A stretch of 64,000 nt of DNA from a bacterium (GTDB lineage: Bacteria > UBA8248): contig OZ241996.1 in the NCBI GenBank assembly GCA_965204535.1, positions 384,001-448,000 of the forward strand. Reading direction: 5' to 3'. Every line of letters begins with the position of its first letter. Positions within the stretch are counted from its first letter, which is position 1. The translations under genes were made by a program, and so were the position numbers. Below are positions 52,576 through 63,316 of this stretch, piece by piece. A model generated the notes under the pieces. The model had not been told where the DNA came from, ran no database searches, and was given only the letters and a program-made list of their open reading frames with translations.

Positions 52576-53829
52576 ATGACGAAGCGCGGCGGGGCGTCAA
52601 CTCATTGGCTTTGGGCGATTTGCGCGGCCCAGGTGCCGATGATGTTCGTCTATGCGAATTATGTGGCGGCGCTTCCGCTGTTCAAGGCGGAATGGAACCT
52701 CACGAACGTGCAGGCCGGCACGATTTATACGGCGTTTTACGTGGGCTACATTCTCGCCGCGGCCGTGCTGGCGACCGCAACGGACTACATGAGCGCGAAA
52801 AAGATATATCTGGCCTCGAGCCTTTGGCTGACGCTCCTGAATTTCATGTTCCCGCTTCTTGCTGATGGCTTCATCAGCGCTTCGGTGTTTCGAGGTCTCA
52901 CTGGCGTAGGACTGGCCGGCACCTATGCGCCTGCGCTTCGGCTGGTGGCGGAGTACGCCCCGGAAGGGAGACGCGCCCGCATGGTGGGAATTTACACGTT
53001 TTTTTACACCGTGGGTGTCGCCACATCGATTTATGTGACGGGTGTGCTTGTCGCGAATTTCGAATGGCGCACGGCGTTCGCGTTGACGTCTCTGGGTCCC
53101 GCAATCGGTTTTCTTGCCATGATGTTTTTTCTCCCGCCTCTGCCCTCACCGAGAGGGGATGGAGACGCCGGGTTTGAGTTCCCCAGGCTGCCGGCTCCGG
53201 TGTGGGTGCTCATGGGCGTTGTGGGCGCGCACAGGTGGGAGGTATTCGCGTTCAGGGGCTGGATAGTCACCTTCCTGGCGGCTTCCCTTGTAATGTCGGG
53301 AGCGGAGACGCGCGAGAGCGCCCTGCAAGTCGCGTCCTCATCCGCCGCCATGATCATCGGGCTGAGCGCCGTCTCGAAGCTCATTGGCGGCTGGTTCGCC
53401 GACCGCATCGGCAGGCCGCCCACGATTACCGCGAGTCTTTTTCTGAGCGGCCTCATTTCGGTTTCCATCGGGCTCGCATTCGGAGCGCCTTTCTCCATAT
53501 TGCAGATTCTGTGCCTGGTCTGGGTGATCGTGATGCACGTGGACGCTCCCGTGCTGGTGGTGTTGACCACGGAACTCACGCCCAGACGCCACCTCGGCTC
53601 CGCATTGGGAATCCAGTCGGGCTTGGGCTTTCTGCTCGGCTCCCTCTCGCCCATGGTGGTGGGGAAATTCCTGGACATGAGCAACGACTCGGGCGATGGG
53701 GCACTTCCCGTGAATTGGGACTGGGCGTTCATCGGGCCGGGAGTCGCGGCGATCCTGGGAGGGATCGCCACCATTTTTGTCGCCCGGCGTTTTATCGCCA
53801 GAGGTAAACTTCAAGAGGGCGAAGCATAG
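52576..53829 (+). CDS. MFS transporter
   Basis: About 12 hydrophobic segments; RGLTGVGLAGTYAP, GGWFADRIGR. Confidence 0.85.
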   Translation: MTKRGGASTHWLWAICAAQVPMMFVYANYVAALPLFKAEWNLTNVQAGTIYTAFYVGYILAAAVLATATDYMSAKKIYLASSLWLTLLNFMFPLLADGFISASVFRGLTGVGLAGTYAPALRLVAEYAPEGRRARMVGIYTFFYTVGVATSIYVTGVLVANFEWRTAFALTSLGPAIGFLAMMFFLPPLPSPRGDGDAGFEFPRLPAPVWVLMGVVGAHRWEVFAFRGWIVTFLAASLVMSGAETRESALQVASSSAAMIIGLSAVSKLIGGWFADRIGRPPTITASLFLSGLISVSIGLAFGAPFSILQILCLVWVIVMHVDAPVLVVLTTELTPRRHLGSALGIQSGLGFLLGSLSPMVVGKFLDMSNDSGDGALPVNWDWAFIGPGVAAILGGIATIFVARRFIARGKLQEGEA

Positions 53830-53894
53830 GTTTCACAGACATGAATATCTCCAAGCGTTCTTTATGTGAAGCTCCAGGGCGCAATTGCGTCTGC

Positions 53895-53922
53895 TTGACG
53901 ATACGTGCAGTTTTGATATGAT
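53895..53922 (+). promoter_or_regulatory. Putative sigma70 promoter of the ABC operon
   Basis: TTGACG, 16-nt spacer, TATGAT. Confidence 0.5.
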
Positions 53923-54044
53923 TCGCCTTACCTTTTGAGACATCTTACATTTTAGCTTGTGGGTAGACAGAACGTACTCTGAAGATTCTTGAAATTGAGA
54001 CTCTTCGCACTCTTTTGGACTGCTAATTCAAAAAGCAGAGGAGA

Positions 54045-55064
54045 ATGAAAATGCTAAAAGGAATCATTGCTGGTCTGTTGGCGGTGGCTCTTCTGAGTGC
54101 ACCGGCGTTCGCCGCGGATGATGCGACCATGCGCGCTGCCAAGAAAGAGGGGAAAGTAACTTGGTATTCCTCTATCACGCTGAATATCGCGCAGCATATA
54201 TGCAACAACTTCAACAAGAAAAAGATGGGCGTTCAGTGCGTTCTTCACCGCGACGGCTCGGGCAAACTCTACCGTCGTTATCTGCAGGAGCGCAAAGGCG
54301 GAATTTACGTCGCCGACGTAGTGCACACGTCGAACCTGGGGCACTTCCTGAACCTGAAAGCCAAGAAGATCATCACGCCCTACAAGCCGGCCGGAACGGA
54401 CAACTTCAACGAGAAGTTTGTCACCAAGGACAATTACTGGACGATTCTCCGCGCGGGCGTGTTGATGCCTTTCTACAACACCAAGAAAATCAGCGCGAAG
54501 GATGCGCCGAAAACGTACAAGGATTTTCTCGACCCCAAATGGAAGGGCAAAATCGTTCACTCGCATCCGAGCTACAGCGGATTCGTCACGAACGGCATGA
54601 TCAACATCGTGAACAAATTCGGTTGGGATTATTATAAGGCAATGGCCAAGCAAAAGCCCAAAATCGTGCAATCGGCGGCCGGCGGCATTCCTCTCGTAGC
54701 GCGCGGGGAATCTTGGCTGGGAGCGGGCACGACATCATATTCGCTGCTCAAGCTGATCCAGAAAGGCGAGCCGCTCAAGCCCATCGTTCCGCCTGCGGGT
54801 CTGGCTTTGGTGACTTCGCCGAACGGCGTTTTCACGAAAGCGCCGAACCCCAACGCCGCGCGCGTGTTTACCGATTACCTGTTCACCTTGGAGAACATGC
54901 AGCTTCTGGCGGACTACTTCCTCTACGTGGGCAATCCCGATGTGAAGTATCCAAAGGCGTTGCCGGCGCTCAAGGACATCAACCTGATGGCCATCGGCGG
55001 TGCGGAACTGAAGAAGAAAAACAAGCCGACGCGCAAGATGTTCAAGAAGCTCTTCGGCGTGTAA
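54045..55064 (+). CDS. ABC transporter substrate-binding protein (Fe3+/AfuA-like, cluster D)
   Basis: Signal peptide (APAFA), AAKKEGKVTWYSS, DFLDPKWKGKI, APNPNAARVFTDYL. Confidence 0.85.
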   Translation: MKMLKGIIAGLLAVALLSAPAFAADDATMRAAKKEGKVTWYSSITLNIAQHICNNFNKKKMGVQCVLHRDGSGKLYRRYLQERKGGIYVADVVHTSNLGHFLNLKAKKIITPYKPAGTDNFNEKFVTKDNYWTILRAGVLMPFYNTKKISAKDAPKTYKDFLDPKWKGKIVHSHPSYSGFVTNGMINIVNKFGWDYYKAMAKQKPKIVQSAAGGIPLVARGESWLGAGTTSYSLLKLIQKGEPLKPIVPPAGLALVTSPNGVFTKAPNPNAARVFTDYLFTLENMQLLADYFLYVGNPDVKYPKALPALKDINLMAIGGAELKKKNKPTRKMFKKLFGV

Positions 55065-55075
55065 ATCAAGTATGA

Positions 55076-55118
55076 GCGGGAGCGGTTTCTTGCGTAATAT
55101 CGAGAAACCGCTCCCGTT
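55076..55118 (+). other. Long intercistronic hairpin after the binding-protein gene (mRNA stabiliser or partial terminator)
   Basis: GCGGGAGCGGTTTCT...AGAAACCGCTCCCGT. Confidence 0.6.
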
Positions 55119-55181
55119 TCGTTGCTTTGATGGTTGTATTGCTCTGAGAATCACTTAGCGCCTGGAAGGATACGTGCCCAT

Positions 55182-56927
55182 ATGACGCAAGATGCGCAAC
55201 AGCTTCCCGGAACGATATCGGGAGGCGAGCCCTCGGCCACCAGGAAATTCGACTATACCGTAATCGTCTGGGTAGTACTGCTTATCCTGCTAATTATCCT
55301 GGTGGCGAATCCCATCTTCCAGCTTTTTAAGGAAAGTTTCTTCGTTTCTGAAGATGAGGCCGGCGGTTTCACCTTCCAGAATTATATCGACGCTTTCGAG
55401 ACCGATGAATACTACAAGCCGATGTACATCACGATGATGCTCGCCGTCTCCGTGGGTAGCATATCCCTGGTGGTGGGAGCCGTGATGGCCTGGGTGGTCA
55501 GCCGAACGGACATCCCTTGTCCGAATCTGATCAGGAACGGCATCCTGGCTTCTTTTGTGACGCCTCCCTTCCTGGGCGCCATTGCCTGGATATTCCTGGC
55601 GGGGCAAAACGAGGGGTGGCTGAATAAATGGATTCGCGGGTTATTCGGCTTGAGTGATGAGTTTTACCTGTTCGACATCTTCACGATGAAGGGCGTCATA
55701 TTCGCCATGTCGCTCTACACGTTTCCACTCGTCTTTATCGTCGTTTTAGCGGGCCTGAACAATATCTCATCAGACGTCGAAGACGCGGCCAACGTGGCAG
55801 GCGGCGGCACGTTCCACACCATGTTCAGCATCACTTTGCCGCTCGTGGCGCCCTCTCTGTTCGCGGGTTTCATACTGGCGGCGCTCGAAGCGATGATTCT
55901 TTTCGGCATCCCGGCGGTATTGGCGATTCCGGCCGGCCAGCACACGATGACGACCCAGCTTCGTGCTTTCATGGTGTCGGAAGACGATCTGCTCGGATTG
56001 GCCTCGGCCTACGCAATGCCCATGCTGATTCTGGCGATCGGCATGGTCTGGACGCGGGGCATCGTATTGGGCCGCAGAGGCTACGCCACCGTCGGCGGCA
56101 AGGGAGGGCAGAGGCGGCCGCAAAAGCTGGGCGTTTGGCGGATCCCGATATTCATACTCTGCATGATTCCGCTCGTATGCGCGATTGTGCTGCCCGCTAT
56201 GGCTTTGCTGACCACGTCGTTCATGAAGAACCTGGGTGGCGGACTGGTATGGTCAAACCTCACCTTATGGAATTATCATTTCATCCTGACGAACGATGCG
56301 GTGAGAGTGTCGATATACAATACGATTCTCCTGGCCATCATGGCGGCGACCGGGGCCACGATCGTGGCTGCGATTTCCGCTTTCATCGCACAGCGCAAGC
56401 TCATCAAGGGCCATCAATATATGGGATTCATGGCGACCGCGCCCATCGGGATTCCCGGCATTGTCCTGGCGGTAGGTCTTTTCGCGGCTTATACCAAGCA
56501 GCCTTTTGTTCTGTATGGGACGCTTTGGATCATGTTCCTGGCGTATCTCACCAAGTACCTGCCCCTTGCGTATCAGACGTCGAACGCGGGTCTCTCGAGC
56601 ATTCATCCCGAACTCGAGGAGAGTTGCCGCATCATGGGGGCGAATCGGCTTCAGGTTTTCAAGGACGTGACGGTGCCGCTGTTCAAGACGGCCGTCATCG
56701 CCTCATGGATATTGGTGTTCATGCCCTCGCTCAGGGAATTGAGCGCCTCGGTTCTGCTTTGGACGACGAACACGAAGGTCATCTCGGTGGTCATCGTCGA
56801 TTTTTATGAAGAAACGCTGTTGGGGCCCATTTCGGCTTTAGGCGTTTTGCTCCTGCTCATCACTTTGGTGGCGATTGCCGTCGGTTTCCGTTTGGTGGGC
56901 AGGGACTTCATGCGTTCCGCGGGATAG
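55182..56927 (+). CDS. ABC transporter permease (FbpB-type, two fused TM domains)
   Basis: AWVVSRTD, TPPFLGAIAW, EAA-like loops VEDAANVAG and ELEESCRIMGA, LRELSASVLL. Confidence 0.88.
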   Translation: MTQDAQQLPGTISGGEPSATRKFDYTVIVWVVLLILLIILVANPIFQLFKESFFVSEDEAGGFTFQNYIDAFETDEYYKPMYITMMLAVSVGSISLVVGAVMAWVVSRTDIPCPNLIRNGILASFVTPPFLGAIAWIFLAGQNEGWLNKWIRGLFGLSDEFYLFDIFTMKGVIFAMSLYTFPLVFIVVLAGLNNISSDVEDAANVAGGGTFHTMFSITLPLVAPSLFAGFILAALEAMILFGIPAVLAIPAGQHTMTTQLRAFMVSEDDLLGLASAYAMPMLILAIGMVWTRGIVLGRRGYATVGGKGGQRRPQKLGVWRIPIFILCMIPLVCAIVLPAMALLTTSFMKNLGGGLVWSNLTLWNYHFILTNDAVRVSIYNTILLAIMAATGATIVAAISAFIAQRKLIKGHQYMGFMATAPIGIPGIVLAVGLFAAYTKQPFVLYGTLWIMFLAYLTKYLPLAYQTSNAGLSSIHPELEESCRIMGANRLQVFKDVTVPLFKTAVIASWILVFMPSLRELSASVLLWTTNTKVISVVIVDFYEETLLGPISALGVLLLLITLVAIAVGFRLVGRDFMRSAG

Positions 56928-56943
56928 AGAAGGGAGATTTGCG

Positions 56944-58023
<1,080 letters not shown>

Positions 58024-58033
58024 AGCCTCATCG

Positions 58034-58996
58034 ATGCAAATCGTTATTCCAGACGATTGCTTCCGCTTGTTTGAAGACTCCGAAGCCCTCGGGCGCCTGC
58101 GCACCTTGGGCGACGTGCATTACTACACCGAGAATGCTGAGAGCGAAGTATCGCTCCGCGAGCGCCTGAAAGAAGCGGAAATCATCCTCACGACCAGGTA
58201 CCAGACTGACTTCAAGACAACCGATTTACTGGATCACATTCCTCATCTCAAGATGATTTCCGTGATGGGCACGCGCCCGCGCATGATCGACATGGCTCGC
58301 GCGAACGAGCGCGGGATTGTGGTGAGCACCACGCCTGCCGCAAGCGCCTTTTCGGTGGCCGAGCACACGATGATGCTGATCCTGGCGTTGGCGAAAAGAA
58401 TGCCGCTCATGTTCCCCGCCATGAAGGGGGGTGGCTGGCCGCAGGATCCAGGAGTCGAACTTGCCGGGAAGACGCTGGGACTCATCGGTTTCGGTCACAT
58501 AGCTCGTCTGGTTTGCCGCATGGCCTTGGGTTTCGGTATGCGGGTTATCACATGTTCTCCTTCGATGACGCCGGAGCGCGCGCAGGCGGAGGGGGCGGAA
58601 GCGGCAACTGTGGAGGAATGCCTCGCGTCTGATGTGGTATCGCTCCAACTTCATTTGCCGGCGGGCGCAGCACCCTTCATGACGCGAGAGAAATTCGCCC
58701 GGATGAAAAAGACGGCGTTTTTCGTCAACACGGCGCGCGCTCAGTATGTGGATGAGGATGCGCTGCTGGATGCCCTGCAAAACAGACGCATCGCAGGAGC
58801 CGGTCTCGACGTTTTCGAGCCTTTCGAGCCGTTGCCGGAAGAATCTGTATATCGAACTCTCGATAACGTCGTCATCACGCCGCATTCGGCCTGGATTACC
58901 GATGGCACGTATGCGAGGTTCCGCGACGTGCCGGTAGCGAACATCGAAGCGTTCTTGAGGGGTGCACCCGTAAACGTTGTCAGAGAAGACGCGTAA
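58034..58996 (+). CDS. D-isomer-specific 2-hydroxyacid dehydrogenase
   Basis: SVAEHT, GKTLGLIGFGHIA, VNTAR, GLDVF-EP, TPHSA. Confidence 0.88.
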   Translation: MQIVIPDDCFRLFEDSEALGRLRTLGDVHYYTENAESEVSLRERLKEAEIILTTRYQTDFKTTDLLDHIPHLKMISVMGTRPRMIDMARANERGIVVSTTPAASAFSVAEHTMMLILALAKRMPLMFPAMKGGGWPQDPGVELAGKTLGLIGFGHIARLVCRMALGFGMRVITCSPSMTPERAQAEGAEAATVEECLASDVVSLQLHLPAGAAPFMTREKFARMKKTAFFVNTARAQYVDEDALLDALQNRRIAGAGLDVFEPFEPLPEESVYRTLDNVVITPHSAWITDGTYARFRDVPVANIEAFLRGAPVNVVREDA

Positions 58997-59010
58997 GAAA
59001 CCAGACGCAC

Positions 59011-59052
59011 CCGCCCCGGCAGTTGATAAGTGCCGGGGCGGTTTTTTCTTTT
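59011..59052 (+). terminator. Intrinsic terminator between convergent genes
   Basis: CCGCCCCGGCA-gttgataag-TGCCGGGGCGG followed by TTTTTTCTTTT. Confidence 0.85.
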
Positions 59053-59732
59053 TACTCTTTTTTGATCAATATGTTGTTGTAAACCAGCGCCGCCGCCACG
59101 CCGCCGATGATCGGCCCTATCCAGTAGACGAGGTGATTGATGCCGTCGAAGCCGCCTCCGGCCAGTGCGGGACCGAACGTGCGGGCCGGATTCATGGATG
59201 CGCCCGTGAGTGGGCCACCCATCAAAATGTCTGCGGCGATGGTGAGGCCGATCGCGAAACCGCCCACGTCGGGGTGTCTGTCGTCCACGGCGGAGCCCCA
59301 GATAGCGGTGACAAGGAAGAACGTGAGGATGATTTCGATCAGAATCCCCATGCCGAAGCTCACGTCACTTGCCAGCGTCGGTGTTCCCAGGTTCACCTTT
59401 TGCCAGACGTCGGCGGCAAAGATGATTCTCAACAGGATGCCGGCCACGGTTCCGCCCACGAGTTGGCTGATGATGTAGGAGATACCCGTGCCGCTGTCTG
59501 TTTTTTTGGTCACCATGAAGCCGATCGTGACTGCAGGATTGAAATGACCGCCCGAGACGTGCCCCATGGCGGAAATCATGACCGAGAGGATCAAACCATG
59601 GGCCAAGGCGATGCCGATTAAACCTACGGCTCCGCCCGTTTTCTGATTCAAGATGATGGAGCCCGCGCCGATGAAGCACAGTGCAAACGTGCCGATGGCT
59701 TCTGCTACGCAGGCCCTTCCTGTAGGACTCAT
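59052..59732 (-). CDS. Aquaporin (MIP family) with TIP-like selectivity filter
   Basis: AEAIGTF, SGGHFNPAVT, GASMNPARTFGPA, YWIGPIIG; SD AAGGAG before ATG 59732. Confidence 0.95.
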   Translation of the reverse strand: MSPTGRACVAEAIGTFALCFIGAGSIILNQKTGGAVGLIGIALAHGLILSVMISAMGHVSGGHFNPAVTIGFMVTKKTDSGTGISYIISQLVGGTVAGILLRIIFAADVWQKVNLGTPTLASDVSFGMGILIEIILTFFLVTAIWGSAVDDRHPDVGGFAIGLTIAADILMGGPLTGASMNPARTFGPALAGGGFDGINHLVYWIGPIIGGVAAALVYNNILIKKE

Positions 59733-59849
59733 TTTTTTCTCCTTGACCATTCGGGCGAAAAATTGAAGGAATCTTCATGCCGCTATTGACACAAGCAGAT
59801 GGTCTCCGGGTAAAGAAAATGGCCTATTCCAAAGTCTCATTATAGCAAA

Positions 59850-60809
59850 TCATGATGAATGCACCACGTTTTGCGGGTTGCCCGAGAGTGCGGCGGCAAT
59901 GTTTTCCACCGACATCAAAAGTCCCGCTTCGGTAACCTCAGGTGTGATGCCTGCATTGTGCGGGGAGAGAACCACGTTTTTCAGTTTCCCGATCGGATGG
60001 TTCGGGGGCAGAGGCTCCTGATCGAATACGTCAAGACCTGCCGCAGCCAAGGCCCCGCTTTCCAATGCCGCTATGAGCGCTTCTTCATCCACGATAGGCC
60101 CCCGCGCGGTGTTCACCAAAATGGTATCCGGCCCCATGCGGGAGAATGCCTCGGCGCCGATCATGCCGATGGTGTCCGCCGATTGCCGTACGTGAATCGA
60201 GACGACGTCGGCCTGCTCATACAAAGTGTTCAAATCGACGAACTCCAGCCCTGCTTCTGCGGCGAAATCATCGTCCGGATGAAACGTCCAGGCGATGAGC
60301 TTCATTCCGACCCCGGCGGCGATGCGGGCCGTCTGGCGGCCGATGGCGCCAAGGCCGATGAGGCCGAGCGTTTTTCCGTGCAATTGCGTCATCTGTCCCC
60401 GTGGCCACTCGCCCGTCCGTATGGCGGAATCATTGACGGGTATCTGGCGCGCGGCCGCCATCATCAGGGCCAGGGTGTGTTCCGCCACGGAAACGGCGGC
60501 CACTCCAGGTGTGTTCGATACGATGACGCCTGCGCTCTCGGCTGCCTTCAAATCGACGTGATCCGTGCCCGTGCCCCAGATCGAAAGTACCTTGAGACCG
60601 CCGCAATTCGAGAAAAAATCCGCGTCGAACTTGCAAAAAGCCCGGATGTTGATGATGCCATCCGCCCCGGTGACGCGTTTTAGCAGTTCTTCTGACGTCT
60701 GTGGGTTGGAGGTATGGATTTCCGCATCCCCGATCTCCCGCAGACGGGTCTCTGCGGAACTGCCGGTGAAAACGGAAGGGTAGTCATCCGGTACGACGAT
60801 TCGGTTCAC
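59850..60809 (-). CDS. D-isomer-specific 2-hydroxyacid dehydrogenase (SerA-like); true start about GTG 60809
   Basis: RIVVPDDYP, GTGTDHVD, SNTPG, GLIGLGAIG, VNTARGPIVDE, GLDVFDQEP, LSPHNAG. Confidence 0.9.
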   Translation of the reverse strand: MNRIVVPDDYPSVFTGSSAETRLREIGDAEIHTSNPQTSEELLKRVTGADGIINIRAFCKFDADFFSNCGGLKVLSIWGTGTDHVDLKAAESAGVIVSNTPGVAAVSVAEHTLALMMAAARQIPVNDSAIRTGEWPRGQMTQLHGKTLGLIGLGAIGRQTARIAAGVGMKLIAWTFHPDDDFAAEAGLEFVDLNTLYEQADVVSIHVRQSADTIGMIGAEAFSRMGPDTILVNTARGPIVDEEALIAALESGALAAAGLDVFDQEPLPPNHPIGKLKNVVLSPHNAGITPEVTEAGLLMSVENIAAALSGNPQNVVHSS

Positions 60810-60902
60810 GAAATAGCCCCTTATACGAAAGAAAATGTAAGCTTTGGAGGTTCTCTTACGTCGCCCTTGCGTGCATAATAACGTTTTTCTGCTGCCATTC
60901 TT

Positions 60903-61481
60903 ATGACACCGAAGGAGACAAGACAAGTGGAACCTCTCGATCCGCGTAAAGACAGCGCTGTTCCCGGTGAACGCGCCATCGACAAGCCCGAACTTCCCAC
61001 CCAGGGCTATGCTTTCACCATGTCCGCCGACACCGAAACGATAGAGGGTAAGGGCCAGCTCAAACTGGGGACACACAGACACTTCGAAGTGTATTGCGAT
61101 GAACCGCCCCGCATCGGCGGGGAAGACTCCTACCCCCAACCGCTTTGCTACATTGCCATGGGGGTGGGGTTCTGACTGCTCACCCAGCTTGCGCGGTACG
61201 CGCATATGATGAAAGTGTCCTTCACGCGCGCCAAGGTGCACGTGGATTTCGATTATTTCTTGCAGGGTTCCGTTCTCAAGGGAACGGTGAATGCCGGATG
61301 CAACGAGGTGCGTACGCACTTTGAAGTGGAATCCGATGAACCGGCGGAGAAAATACTGGCAGTCATCAAAAATGCGAAGCAGGGATGTTTCGCCGAGCAA
61401 ATGGTGACGGACGCCGTTCCTCTGAAAAGCACGATGAGCCTGAACGGCGAATCGATCTCTATGAGTGGTATTACGGCGTAA
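60903..61481 (+). CDS. OsmC-family protein with in-frame UGA (probable selenocysteine); alternative start GTG 60927
   Basis: Track ORFs 60903..61175 and 61206..61481 share a frame: CDEPPRIGGEDSYPQPLCYIAMGVGF-UGA-LLTQLARYAHMM...AKQGCFAEQ. The UGA is at the OsmC catalytic Cys position, with a hairpin downstream. Confidence 0.8.
61173..61204 (+). other. UGA codon plus bacterial SECIS-like stem-loop
   Basis: TGA (61173-61175), then TGCGCG (61190-61195) GTA CGCGCA (61199-61204); the loop begins with GU, 20 nt after the UGA. Confidence 0.65.
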
Positions 61482-61585
61482 AGCGCCTTGCTCATAACTT
61501 GAAACAGGCCGCAACCGCCGGGGTTTCTCGTCGCCCGTCACTTGAGCCGGGAGAGGAGCGCCTCGTCCCTTAAAGACAGGAAGAT

Positions 61586-63094
61586 TTACGCGGTGTCCGC
61601 GTTCGCCTCGGCGGCGCGCTGACCCGCTGCGGTGCCCGCCAGCCGACCGTATACGGAGCCCAGGGTCAGCCCTGCGCCTCCCGGGTAGTTGAAGTAGTAG
61701 ACGCCGCCCACGAGTTCGCCCGCGGCGAAGAGCCCGGGGATGATCTCGTTTTCGGTGTTCATGACCTCCGCTTTGGGTGTTACGCGGATACCGCCGAAGG
61801 TGAACGTGATGCCCGTGGTAACGGCGAAGCCGAGATAGGGCGGCTCATCGATGGGAAGCGCCCAGTTCGATTTCGGGGGATCGATACCCTGTGTGCATTT
61901 GCCGTCTTTGATCGTCGGGTTGTATTCGCCCGACTGAACGGCGGCGTTGTATTCCTGAACGGTTTTAACGAACTCATCGACATCGATCTCGAGTTGTCCG
62001 GCAAGTTCTTCCAGCGTGTCGGCTTCGGCCTTGGTGACTTCACGGATGCGATATTCGTCGCGCAGCATGTGAACCGTTTTCTGGTCGAAAATCTGAAAAG
62101 CGGCCCGCTGGGGCTGCTGGAGGATGTTTCGGCCGTATTTTGCGTAGGTATAGTTTCTGAAATCGGCCCCCTCATCCACGAAGCGTTTTCCCTCGATATT
62201 CACGATGATGCCGAACGGATAGGAGTGCTTCTGGTAGGACTCTCCTACCGTGAGATCACCGAAGGGCGGGGCGTTCAAATCCCAAGCGACCGCGTGACAG
62301 CCGCTCCAGTTGCCGTAAGGCTGCGCTCCGATATCGAGCGCCATCTTGATGCCGTCGCCCGTGTTGTAGGGAGTGCCGCGCACTTTTGCGAGCTCCCAGC
62401 CCGGCCCCAGGTAGCGGCAGCGCATCTCGGCGTTCGCCTCGAAACCACCCGACGCCAGCACCACACCGTGCGTCTCGATTTCGTAAGGCCCATCGGGGCC
62501 TTTTACTTCGACGCCCGTCACGCCGCCCATCGGGTCCGTGAGCAGGCGCATCGCCTTCGATGCGTAGCGAATCTCGACTCCGGCCTCGTTCGCAGAATCA
62601 AGCAGGGAATCGATGAGACCGCGTCCGCCGCCCACGATCTCGAGAACCAGACCGCCCCAGAAGCGCATCTTGCCGTCCACCTTGAATGCCTGCCGGCCGC
62701 TTGCGAGGATGAGCCGCAAGCCCTTTGATTGCATCCATTTCAGGGTCGGAAACGACTCGTGGATGAGGACGGAGGCAAGGTCGCCGTCAGTCTGGTATTC
62801 GGTCAACAGGGCGAGGTCTTCAAAGAATTTTTCCGATGTGTAGGGGTCGATCTCGATATTTTCTTTCTCGGCGTCGGAAAGGTCCGGTACGAGCGAGTAG
62901 ATGTCCTCGATGCTGTTAAAGGCGAACCGAAACAAGCCTCCCGAGAAAGCCGAATTGCCGCCGCGCCATGCCTCGGGCGCTTTTTCGAGCACCAATACCT
63001 TCGCGCCCTGGTCTCGCGCCGCAAGCGATGCGCAAAGTGCGGCATTGCCGCAACCCACGACGACGACGTCGTATTTCTCTGTAGCATTCGGCAT
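61586..63094 (-). CDS. tcuA: FAD-dependent tricarballylate dehydrogenase TcuA-like flavoprotein
   Basis: VVVVGCGNAA, RGGNS, LASGGFEAN, RGTPYNTG, GITFTFGG, GLFAAGE, NYPGGAGL; SD GAGGAGG upstream. Confidence 0.8.
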   Translation of the reverse strand: MPNATEKYDVVVVGCGNAALCASLAARDQGAKVLVLEKAPEAWRGGNSAFSGGLFRFAFNSIEDIYSLVPDLSDAEKENIEIDPYTSEKFFEDLALLTEYQTDGDLASVLIHESFPTLKWMQSKGLRLILASGRQAFKVDGKMRFWGGLVLEIVGGGRGLIDSLLDSANEAGVEIRYASKAMRLLTDPMGGVTGVEVKGPDGPYEIETHGVVLASGGFEANAEMRCRYLGPGWELAKVRGTPYNTGDGIKMALDIGAQPYGNWSGCHAVAWDLNAPPFGDLTVGESYQKHSYPFGIIVNIEGKRFVDEGADFRNYTYAKYGRNILQQPQRAAFQIFDQKTVHMLRDEYRIREVTKAEADTLEELAGQLEIDVDEFVKTVQEYNAAVQSGEYNPTIKDGKCTQGIDPPKSNWALPIDEPPYLGFAVTTGITFTFGGIRVTPKAEVMNTENEIIPGLFAAGELVGGVYYFNYPGGAGLTLGSVYGRLAGTAAGQRAAEANADTA

Positions 63095-63316
63095 TTTTCA
63101 AAACCTCCTCGAAGCTTTCCGTAAAAAGCAAATCATGTTTGCGCGGATGCAGGGATGAGACCGTTTCCATGAGGGTTTTCCGTCACTCAGGGAGTCAGGA
63201 AAACTGGCTCCTAACTAACATATTGGCGGAGCCGGGTCAAAAACTCCCGAGATGAGACGACTACTCAAGACATGACGCTATCTCAAGCAGCGTGGCACCA
63301 TCCATTATCTGTTTGC

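Noticed and set aside
53923-54044. Riboswitch in the ABC operon leader (TPP or cobalamin)
   Set aside because: The conserved core motifs are not present.
59850-61541. 563-aa ORF suggesting a dehydrogenase with a long N-terminal extension
   Set aside because: Homology begins at about 60809. The extension is the antisense shadow of the OsmC-family gene.
63095-63316. Short inverted repeats in the tcuA/Fe-S divergent region (GCAAA-tcatg-TTTGC; GTTTTCC...GGAAAAC)
   Set aside because: Too short to separate from chance without comparative data, and no known operator or RNA family was recognised.
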